Assembly: GCA_045654405.1 (NCBI GenBank)
Contig: JAZONH010000044.1
Span: 56,817 to 120,816 of the forward strand
DNA length: 64,000 nt
Reading direction: 5' to 3'
DNA from: Acutalibacteraceae bacterium
GTDB lineage: Bacteria; Bacillota; Clostridia; Oscillospirales; Acutalibacteraceae
Positions within the stretch are counted from its first letter, which is position 1; every line of letters begins with the position of its first letter. Both the position numbers and the translations under genes were made by a program. Of this stretch, positions 47,297 to 54,901 are shown piece after piece. A model generated the notes under the pieces. The model saw nothing but the letters and a program-made list of their open reading frames with translations. It was not told where the DNA came from and did not search any database.

Positions 47297-48067
47297 TCAC
47301 GACATTGTTTTAACAAGTAAAACTGAAATATTATCACGCTCACCACGTGATTTCACCAACTCAATAACGTGCTTTGCGTTGCTATGCATAGCCTGCTTAT
47401 GAGGAAGGACGCTTGCATCAAAATATTGTGCCAGCTCCTGGGGTGAAACCTGATGCCTGAATCCATCAGAGCAAAGCAGGTACACACCATTCTGTGTTTC
47501 GCCCACAATAACCTCAGGTTCAACGTCTCTTGAAGCACCAACGCATTGAAGAAGAAGATTTCGGCGACTGTCAACCCTTGCTTGCTCGGGAGTCATATTG
47601 CCGCGCCTTACTTCTCTTTCTACAAAGCTCTGGTCAATTGTCAGTTGCTTGAGACCCTTGTTTACGTAATATGCACGGGTGTCACCTACGTGAACGATAA
47701 GGTATTTACCCTCTACAAAAAGCATACCGGTAAAGGTTGTGCCCATATTCACGCCGATGCTTGCACCAAATTGTGAAATCTTAACGTTAAGCTGCTTGAG
47801 CATATGAGTCCACTTACCGCCGATAACCTCTAAATTGAGGTTACCTAATTCGTAGGGAAGCTCTTCTTCAAACCATCTTGAAAATTCTCTGATAACGGTA
47901 GCGCTTGCAAGCTCACCCTTCGCAAGTCCGCCCATACCGTCACAAACAACGGCAAGCATAACCTGCTTGTTATCCTTGTCATAAACAGCCTGCTTAACCA
48001 AAAGGCTGTCCTGATTAGTTTTTTTAACGATACCAACGTCGGTATCTGCAGTTGCTATATAATGCAT
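47297..48067 (-). CDS. PP2C-family (PPM) Ser/Thr phosphatase
   Basis: 256 aa. TDVGIVKKTNQDS, VVCDGMGG, VGDTRAY, LCSDGF, DNISVLLV. Confidence 0.85.
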   Translation of the reverse strand: MHYIATADTDVGIVKKTNQDSLLVKQAVYDKDNKQVMLAVVCDGMGGLAKGELASATVIREFSRWFEEELPYELGNLNLEVIGGKWTHMLKQLNVKISQFGASIGVNMGTTFTGMLFVEGKYLIVHVGDTRAYYVNKGLKQLTIDQSFVEREVRRGNMTPEQARVDSRRNLLLQCVGASRDVEPEVIVGETQNGVYLLCSDGFRHQVSPQELAQYFDASVLPHKQAMHSNAKHVIELVKSRGERDNISVLLVKTMS

Positions 48068-48082
48068 TTTTTAACCCCCTGT

Positions 48083-49822
48083 TTATACTTTAAACAAAAA
48101 GTCTTCATTAGCCAGTGTAATAGTGTCACCATCAAATATTTCTATTTCACAGTTGGGCATTACCATTCTGCCGTTAATGTAAGTCTTGTTTTTGGAATTC
48201 AGGTCTGTAATAAAATATCTGTTATCTCTGATAACAATATCCGCGTGGCTTCGGCTGATAACGTTACTGTTGCTTACGAAATAATCAACGTAACTACGCT
48301 CCTTGCCGATTCTGAAAACGGGCTTTGATATTTTAACAACCTCACCATTGAAAATACGCTTAAGAGTGGGATATTTAATATACTCTTTTGCCGGTGCAGG
48401 ACCATTACTATATGTATCCATTGGTGCAAAGGGCTCATCTGTAAGAAGATCTGTTTTGTCCTCTTCAAAAGCACCCGACATTACTGCAGGCTGGGGAGCC
48501 GGAGCAGGCTGCACGGGCTGGGGTGCGGGCCTTGCCGCAGGCTGGGGCGCCGGAGCAGGTTGCACGGGTTGGGGTGCGGGCCTTGCCGCAGGCTGGGGAG
48601 CCGGAGCAGGTTGTTTTATCTGATTAATCTCGCTTGAGTGAAGCTCATAAGCGGGCTTCATAGCAGGAGCATTGCCTGTAGGCTGTGCAACAGGGCGTGC
48701 GGGCTGGGGAACCGGAGCGGGTTGCACGGGCTGAGGTACCGGAGCAGGTTTTACTACAGGTGCCACCGGTGCTGCAACAGGCTGCGGTGCAGGAATGGGT
48801 TTAGCTACAGGAGCTTCGACGGGCTGAGGTGCAGGAACGGGCTGAGGCGCCGCTACAGGCTTAGCCACAGGAGCCGCAGGCTCATCTTCGATTAATAATC
48901 CTGTATTATCTTCCTCATCAACAATAGGAAGAACGGGCTGAGCCACAGGAGCAACGGGTGCTGCAACAGGCTGCGGCGCAGGAATGGGTTTAGCTACAGG
49001 AGCTTCGACGGGCTGAGGTGCAGGAATGGGCTGAGGCGCCGGTACAGGCTTAGCAACAGGTGCTTCAACAGGCTGGGGTGCCGGTGCAGGCACAGCCACA
49101 GGGACCTCGGGCTCATCCTCGACCAATAAAGCTGTGTTTTCTTCCTCGGCGAAAAGATCATCATCCATCATATCAGCGATATTTATTTCAGGCACGTTAT
49201 TGATATTAACCTCTTTAATAACGGGCTCCGGAGTAGGCTGTACAACTTTCTTGGGAGGATGACTCTTGTTAACAGCGTCAACCACCTTTGCATCCTCTGC
49301 TAAAATATATTGTTCAACAAGCTTATAATCATACTCTGCCATTGACTTAAGGAATGCACCGAATCGCTGGGCATATTCCATATCTGCCTCACGGAAGGGC
49401 TTAGCCATTGCTGAGATTGCTGATAAAAAGTTTATTAAATTATTTGCATTAGCTTTTGCCGTAGCAGGAACGTATGCCAATTGTAAATCCCAGGTTGTTT
49501 CATTTATGAAAATATATCTGAAATCCAACAACAGTTTATCGGGAGATAAGTTCAGTGACTTAATGTCGCGTACAATAGCCGCCGCCTGCTGCATAAGAAG
49601 CAAAAACTGAACCTTAGACATGGGCTCTCTGAGTCTCTCGCCTAAGGGAGTGCCATTCATACAAACAAACTGTACACCACTGCTCTGAACAGATGAACCA
49701 AGAATACCCTTTATGGGAGTCTGGGATACATACTTTGCTTCACCATTGATAAAGCCATCTGTTGGAGCAAACTCTAAAGAAAGAATCGTTGAATTTCCAT
49801 TTTTAGATATGTTAAATTGCAT
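48083..49822 (-). CDS. FHA-domain protein: DUF6382-like N-domain, a long Pro-rich repeat region, and a C-terminal FHA
   Basis: 579 aa. First gene after the consensus promoter. The FHA has GK (not GR), SRSH and SKNKTYING. Three acidic E(E/D).T.LL..DEP motifs. Confidence 0.75.
   Translation of the reverse strand: MQFNISKNGNSTILSLEFAPTDGFINGEAKYVSQTPIKGILGSSVQSSGVQFVCMNGTPLGERLREPMSKVQFLLLMQQAAAIVRDIKSLNLSPDKLLLDFRYIFINETTWDLQLAYVPATAKANANNLINFLSAISAMAKPFREADMEYAQRFGAFLKSMAEYDYKLVEQYILAEDAKVVDAVNKSHPPKKVVQPTPEPVIKEVNINNVPEINIADMMDDDLFAEEENTALLVEDEPEVPVAVPAPAPQPVEAPVAKPVPAPQPIPAPQPVEAPVAKPIPAPQPVAAPVAPVAQPVLPIVDEEDNTGLLIEDEPAAPVAKPVAAPQPVPAPQPVEAPVAKPIPAPQPVAAPVAPVVKPAPVPQPVQPAPVPQPARPVAQPTGNAPAMKPAYELHSSEINQIKQPAPAPQPAARPAPQPVQPAPAPQPAARPAPQPVQPAPAPQPAVMSGAFEEDKTDLLTDEPFAPMDTYSNGPAPAKEYIKYPTLKRIFNGEVVKISKPVFRIGKERSYVDYFVSNSNVISRSHADIVIRDNRYFITDLNSKNKTYINGRMVMPNCEIEIFDGDTITLANEDFLFKV
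48490..49145 (-). repeat. In-frame Pro-rich coding repeats
   Basis: A 51-nt unit in ~2.4 copies (48490-48612). A 189-nt unit in 2 copies (48768-48956 and 48957-49145) whose first ~104 nt differ at only a few positions. Confidence 0.8.
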
Positions 49823-49888
49823 AAAAATTCTCCTTTATCCAATTTTGAATATATTTTCTCAACATAATTTTTCATTATAATCGTTTTG

Positions 49889-49917
49889 ATTATATTCCCA
49901 AACAAAAAATTTGTCAA
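49889..49917 (-). promoter_or_regulatory. Consensus SigA promoter of the FHA...EssC operon
   Basis: The minus strand reads TTGACA (49917-49912), a 17-nt spacer, TATAAT (49894-49889). A ~60-nt leader ends in AAAGGAGAA before the ATG at 49822. Confidence 0.65.
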
Positions 49918-49990
49918 TTAAATGCGGCGTTTTTTTTCGCATTTAATATGATTTATATATTATATATAAAGAGAGTGCATTTGTTTTGTC

Positions 49991-50037
49991 AAAAAAGCCG
50001 TATCCTCCGATAGAACAATGTTCTGCCGGAGGATATG
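49991..50037 (-). terminator. Rho-independent terminator of the glnA / SGNH-FHA-kinase transcription unit
   Basis: TATCCTCCG / CGGAGGATA outer stem with an inner AGAACA/TGTTCT stem. On the minus strand it is followed by TTTTTT. Confidence 0.75.
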
Positions 50038-50048
50038 TTTTCTTAATA

Positions 50049-52157
50049 TTATACAGTTTTTTTAAGATCTTCTGCCAAATCACTGCAACTGCCGTATCGT
50101 GCAGATGGGCTTATGGCAACACATTTATCGATTATTTCTTCAAGCTCTATCGACAACAACGGATTAATCTGTCGTATAGGTCTGTATTCATATTTTTTAG
50201 TGTTAGGCCCAACACCAGTCACTAAATGGTGCAAGGTCATACCCAGTGCATACACGTCGGTTCGTGCATCTGATTGTCGTCTGCCGAACTGCTCGGGAGC
50301 CGCGTAGCCCTTTGTTCCGAAGCAAGCGGTGTCGCTTTTTTTCTGCGCATCGTAACAACGCATAATGCCAAAATCTATAAGGGTTAAGCGCCCGTCATCC
50401 CTGCACATAATATTCGCAGGCTTAAGATCCCTGAATATTCTTGGGGGATTAAGTGTGTGCAGATAACCTAACACTTCACATAGCTGCATACCCCAATCAA
50501 CAACACGTTCCGGATCCTGAGCAGAATCCCTGTTAACAATTGCCTCCAGGGTTTCGCCCGTAATATATTCCTCAATAATGCACAAAAACTCGTCCGTTTC
50601 AACTATTTCATATATTTTGGGTATCATTGGATGGTCCAGTTCTTTTACTGCCGCAGTTTCCTTGAACACCATATCCCTAACAATTTTTGTGTATTTTTTA
50701 TCCTGCTTAAAGCACATTTTAGCAGCATAAAGTGCACCATCGGAAACATCCTCAACAAGGTATACTCTGAACGTTCCGCCCTTGCCCAACATACGCAAAA
50801 CTCTATAGCTGTTATCAAGCATAGAGCCTACAATATTTTTTTCGTTCAACAGCTTTTTCTTTTCGGGCTTGTGAGGAATTTGCTCTTCCTTATAGAAAAC
50901 AAATTTCTCGACGTGAGCAAAATCGATAACGTCGTTAATGCATAATTTGTGCATCTCACCCTTTTCGATTTTCTTGGAATTTATCCAAACGCCGTTAGTA
51001 GATGAATCCTTTATGAACCACGTATAATCGTCATAGTAAAACGTTGCGTGATTTCTTGAAATTTTAGGGCTGCTGATAACAATATCGTTATCCTCTGTTC
51101 GCCCTACTATAATTCTGCCTTTTTTAATAGCGGTAGTTGATCTGTTTTCCGACCACAAAACAAGGGTATCTGAGAAAAGCCTTTCTGTATGATGCTCCTC
51201 GGGCGGTACCTCAAACACACCCACTCGTGCTTCCTTTTTAAATCTGCCGCATTTATGGCAGCACAGTTGATTTTCCGTAGGTGTTTTACCAACAACCGAA
51301 AATTCATGGGCGTTATTTTTGCAATCCAGATATTTGTTGCCTCTTTCATCGGCAATTTCTCTAACCGCAAGAACCGCCATACTTTTCATTCCCGATACAT
51401 TCGGGTTTACTCCATCAAAGGTATCTATATGGATTTTAAATTTACTGAAATCAATTAATTTGCAATCATTTTTAACCGCAACTTCCCGTATTGCTCTGTT
51501 GAATTTTTCGATATCCTTATCTTTAAACTGCTTGAAAAAATCAAACTCAGGGTTTTGGGACATACAGGTAGTAAACAACGTAGCACACCATACCGCTGCA
51601 CTAGGATAACGTGCCTTGATATTATTCAGCATAATATCGTACGCAAAGGTAAATGACGTCTCATCCTCAACGTACCCGTACATATTTTTACCTATTTCCT
51701 CGTTGAAATAATTTTCAACACAACCGGTAACGGCAACGTCGCCAAGCCAGTCGCCGGCTCCCATTAAAACCATAATTACATCGGGTTCGATTGCGCCGGA
51801 ATGCAAATTGTACGTCCGCTCCTTGGAGCATCCGGATGGGAATAATTCTGCAAGGTCGGGCATTTTGGTAACGCGACTGTAGGCATAGGAATTATTAACT
51901 AATAATTCGCCACCGAAATAGTTTATAACCCTCTGCCACCAGGTACGGTTTTTATCTGAAATACCTGCTTTTACACAGTTTTCACCCTGATAAAATATTT
52001 GATATCCCGGGGGATTGAAGCCTGCAAAGGTGCTTACGGAGTCACCTAACACAGAAAATCTTTTACCGTAATATTTATTTGCTTTTCGCCAATCGGCAAA
52101 CTGCACGTTGCCTATACCGGCTAATCTTTCACTGGTTTTATCGTTATACACAGCCAC
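50049..52157 (-). CDS. Three-part fusion: SGNH/GDSL-like domain (probably inactive), FHA domain, and Hanks-type Ser/Thr kinase
   Basis: 702 aa with a GTG start 8 nt after AAAGGAGG. GDS block FSVLGDSVS. The block V position reads DGVNPN, not DGVHPN. FHA with VGR / SRNH / STNGVWIN. Kinase motifs GKGGTFRVY, YAAKMC, FRDLKPANIM, DFGIMR, GYAAPEQF. No signal peptide or TM. Confidence 0.75.
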   Translation of the reverse strand: MAVYNDKTSERLAGIGNVQFADWRKANKYYGKRFSVLGDSVSTFAGFNPPGYQIFYQGENCVKAGISDKNRTWWQRVINYFGGELLVNNSYAYSRVTKMPDLAELFPSGCSKERTYNLHSGAIEPDVIMVLMGAGDWLGDVAVTGCVENYFNEEIGKNMYGYVEDETSFTFAYDIMLNNIKARYPSAAVWCATLFTTCMSQNPEFDFFKQFKDKDIEKFNRAIREVAVKNDCKLIDFSKFKIHIDTFDGVNPNVSGMKSMAVLAVREIADERGNKYLDCKNNAHEFSVVGKTPTENQLCCHKCGRFKKEARVGVFEVPPEEHHTERLFSDTLVLWSENRSTTAIKKGRIIVGRTEDNDIVISSPKISRNHATFYYDDYTWFIKDSSTNGVWINSKKIEKGEMHKLCINDVIDFAHVEKFVFYKEEQIPHKPEKKKLLNEKNIVGSMLDNSYRVLRMLGKGGTFRVYLVEDVSDGALYAAKMCFKQDKKYTKIVRDMVFKETAAVKELDHPMIPKIYEIVETDEFLCIIEEYITGETLEAIVNRDSAQDPERVVDWGMQLCEVLGYLHTLNPPRIFRDLKPANIMCRDDGRLTLIDFGIMRCYDAQKKSDTACFGTKGYAAPEQFGRRQSDARTDVYALGMTLHHLVTGVGPNTKKYEYRPIRQINPLLSIELEEIIDKCVAISPSARYGSCSDLAEDLKKTV

Positions 52158-52198
52158 TCCGCTCGCCTCCTTTACAAAAAAATTAAGTGATTTATTAA

Positions 52199-53623
52199 TT
52201 AAAGATTATAGTACTTTTCGAACTCAACGGGGTGAGGAACCTTTGAAATTTCGCTGCACTCCGCACGCTTTGCCTTGATGAAGTTCTTAATAAGCTCCTC
52301 GGGGAATACGCCGCCTGCAGTAAGGTAACCGTAGTCTGCCTCAAGAGCATCAAGAGCTGCCTCAAGTGAAGTGGGAAGACCCTTAAGCTTTGCCTTTTCC
52401 TCCTCGGGAAGGTTGAAAAGGTTAAAGTCGTAGGGACCCCAACCGTTTGTACGGGGATCAATCTTATTCTTGATACCGTCAAGACCTGCCATAAGAATTG
52501 CTGCATAGCAGAAATAGGGGTTGCAGGTTGCATCGGGGTTACGAAGCTCGAAGCGACGCTTCACGGGAGCCTTTGCATAAGCAGGAATACGGATAACCGC
52601 ACTTCTGTTTGAGGTTGCATAACCAACGGTTACGGGAGCCTCGAAGCCGGGAACAAGACGCTTGAAGGAGTTTGTGCTGGGGTTTGTAATAGCACAAAGT
52701 GAAGAAATATGCTTAAGAAGACCACCGATGAAATAGTGAGCGGTTTCGCTAAGATTTGAGTAGCCGTTATCGTCGGAGAATACGGGCTCGCCTTCTTTGA
52801 ACAACTGAATATGAACGTGCATACCGCTACCTGCTTCACCATAAATGGGCTTGGGCATAAAGGTTGCGGTTTTGCCGTATTTAAGGGCAGTGTTACGGAT
52901 GATGTACTTGATCCACATTGTGTTGTCTGCCATTTTGGACATCTGACCGAGCTGGGGCTCAATCTCAAACTGACCTGATGCAGCAACCTCGGGGTGATGG
53001 TAGTTGATTTCGATGCCTGCGTCTGCCATATGTAAGCACATTTCGCTACGGCACTCATAGGTAAGGTCGAAGGGCTTTGCAATGTGGTAGTTCTTCTGCT
53101 TGGGAACTATAACGCCATCCCCTGCAACTGCACTGTTCCAGTATGACTGCTTAGCGTCAACGTCTGCGCTGATATTGTCGGGAGAAACGTTCCAGCCTGC
53201 CTGGTCGAAGAGATAAAATTCAAATTCGGGAAGAATGAGCATTGTATCTGCAATGCCGCTGTCCTTCATATACTGCTCAGCCGCAAGAACGATGTTTCTG
53301 GGGTACTGAGCCAGAGGTCTGTTGGCAGGTGAGTCAATAATCATTGCGTTACCTGTCATAGACAACGTGGGAATTGAGCAGAAGGGGTCGACAATGGCTG
53401 TATCGGGATCGGGGATAAACACCATATCGCTCTTTTCAACAACGGCATAGCCATAGTTTGAAGCGTCAAAGCCGATACCACTCTTCATGGTTTCCTCAGA
53501 AAAGTTCTCTGCTGGAATTGTAACGTGGCGGTACTGACCATTGATGTCAACCATCTTGAAGTCCACCATTTTGATGTCCTTTTCTTTGATAAGTTCAATA
53601 ATCTTATTAATTTTTTCTTGCAT
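52199..53623 (-). CDS. glnA: Glutamine synthetase, type I
   Basis: 474 aa. KPIYGEAGSGMHVHIQLF, RIPAYA, ELRNPDATCNPY signatures. Confidence 0.9.
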   Translation of the reverse strand: MQEKINKIIELIKEKDIKMVDFKMVDINGQYRHVTIPAENFSEETMKSGIGFDASNYGYAVVEKSDMVFIPDPDTAIVDPFCSIPTLSMTGNAMIIDSPANRPLAQYPRNIVLAAEQYMKDSGIADTMLILPEFEFYLFDQAGWNVSPDNISADVDAKQSYWNSAVAGDGVIVPKQKNYHIAKPFDLTYECRSEMCLHMADAGIEINYHHPEVAASGQFEIEPQLGQMSKMADNTMWIKYIIRNTALKYGKTATFMPKPIYGEAGSGMHVHIQLFKEGEPVFSDDNGYSNLSETAHYFIGGLLKHISSLCAITNPSTNSFKRLVPGFEAPVTVGYATSNRSAVIRIPAYAKAPVKRRFELRNPDATCNPYFCYAAILMAGLDGIKNKIDPRTNGWGPYDFNLFNLPEEEKAKLKGLPTSLEAALDALEADYGYLTAGGVFPEELIKNFIKAKRAECSEISKVPHPVEFEKYYNL

Positions 53624-53662
53624 TTGAACAACGACCTTTCTAAGTCTTATTTCACATTTTTT

Positions 53663-53690
53663 ATTATAATATTTTTACTTTATTTGTCAA
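53663..53690 (-). promoter_or_regulatory. SigA-type promoter of glnA
   Basis: The minus strand reads TTGACA (53690-53685), a 16-nt spacer, TATAAT (53668-53663). Confidence 0.55.
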
Positions 53691-53722
53691 TAAAAATGGC
53701 TACTGCTTTTCAGCAATAGCCA
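53691..53722 (-). terminator. Terminator of the sugar-phosphate isomerase gene
   Basis: TGGCTATTGCT-GAAAA-GCAGTAGCCA (one mismatch), followed on the minus strand by TTTTTATT. Confidence 0.65.
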
Positions 53723-53730
53723 AATTTTTA

Positions 53731-54594
53731 CTATTTATAGCTTTCAAATTTTGCTACAAGGTGTCTGCCTGTTTTTGCCATAAAGCTTGCGTAATCCGCC
53801 AATAGCTCGTCGGGCTTATCGTTCATAAACTTGTCGGCCTCAAAGGTAAGGTCGCCCTTATAATCAATTTCTGCAAGAGCCTTCATCACCTTATCCCAAT
53901 TTACCGCACCGCCGAAATAGGGCAGAGTATGTAAATCATCGGTGCCGTCAACGTCGTGCACGTGCAAGCACTGAAGCCTTTTATTTCCCAGAGCCTTAAT
54001 AAAATCACCTGCATCCTCTCTTACCAAGGCAGCGTGACCAAGGTCAAGGCAGGCAACAAATGCGTCGTTATTAAGAGCATCAACGTATTTTATAAACTCT
54101 GCGGGGCGTGAGCAGGTTGAGTGGTTAATCATACCCGTGTACTGCCACATATTTTCAAGCGCTACCCTTATACCATACTCCTCACAATAGGGAAGAAGTC
54201 TGTTATAGAAACCCATATTGTACTCGAATAATCTTTCGGGGTTACCCTCAGCATCGTATTCAAGGTGCTGGCACGGATGAACAACAATATTCTTTACGCC
54301 TAAATAGGAGGCTCTTTTTATAGCAAGCACGATTTCATCAAATCGCTTTGCAGTTCTTGCCTCGTCAGCATAGGATGACGAAAAGGGGGCGTGGGACTGA
54401 TTGAAGCAAAGCCCCTTGTCCTCTGCATATTTTCTTATCTCAACGTAGTAATCCTTGTTGTGCTCTGCGGCATAAACCTTTTCTTCAGTTTGCGAAAAAT
54501 CAATAGCATCGTACCCTGCTTCACTTAAAATATCAATAGCCCTGTGAAGGCCGAATTTGCAGTGAAGCTTGTCGGTTGTTGATGAAAGCTTCAT
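53731..54594 (-). CDS. Sugar phosphate isomerase/epimerase (xylose-isomerase-like TIM barrel)
   Basis: 287 aa with a typical AP-endonuclease-2/TIM pattern (GYDAIDF, NIVVHP, ALENM, LHVHD). Confidence 0.7.
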   Translation of the reverse strand: MKLSSTTDKLHCKFGLHRAIDILSEAGYDAIDFSQTEEKVYAAEHNKDYYVEIRKYAEDKGLCFNQSHAPFSSSYADEARTAKRFDEIVLAIKRASYLGVKNIVVHPCQHLEYDAEGNPERLFEYNMGFYNRLLPYCEEYGIRVALENMWQYTGMINHSTCSRPAEFIKYVDALNNDAFVACLDLGHAALVREDAGDFIKALGNKRLQCLHVHDVDGTDDLHTLPYFGGAVNWDKVMKALAEIDYKGDLTFEADKFMNDKPDELLADYASFMAKTGRHLVAKFESYK

Positions 54595-54654
54595 AATATC
54601 ACCTTATTAGAATTTGTGTTTTGCAATGCAAAATACTATATGTTCTATCCAATT

Positions 54655-54895
54655 GAAGATTAACCGAAAGAGAACTACCCACCACCAAAAGCGGAGCTTT
54701 TGGTCCCCCTCCCTATTTGCTAAAGCAAACAGGGATGATAGGATCTCCCACCACCTGACGGTGGTCCCCCCTCCTCCTTACGCAGGAGGGCGAGGACTCG
54801 CTTTTACTTTATCTATAATCGGCACTTAGTGCCCCTTTAATTACGAATTATGCATTACGAATTACGCATTATAATTCGGCGTTATCCCCTTAATT
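54655..54895. repeat. Hairpin-rich, C/G-tract intergenic element related to 23838-23995
   Basis: A series of short stem-loops: CCAAAAGC-GGA-GCTTTTGG, TTTGCT-AA-AGCAAA, CCACC-TGAC-GGTGG, CCTCCT-TACGC-AGGAGG, GGCAC-TTA-GTGCC. Also the tandem ATTACGAATTA(T/C)GC. The core at 54802-54840 matches 23943-23986. Confidence 0.6.
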
Positions 54896-54901
54896 TTGCA
54901 T

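Noticed and set aside
48478-49145. Regularly spaced direct repeats that could at first glance suggest a CRISPR-like array
   Set aside because: The repeats are in frame within a long ORF and encode a P/A/V/Q-rich spacer. The sequence between them is itself repetitive. There are no unique spacers, no leader and no cas genes.
54614-54829. 71-aa plus-strand ORF in the track
   Set aside because: It lies entirely inside the hairpin-rich intergenic repeat. It has no Shine-Dalgarno sequence and a low-complexity product (..HHQKRSFWSPS..VVPPPPYAGGRG..). It is better explained as non-coding repeat sequence.
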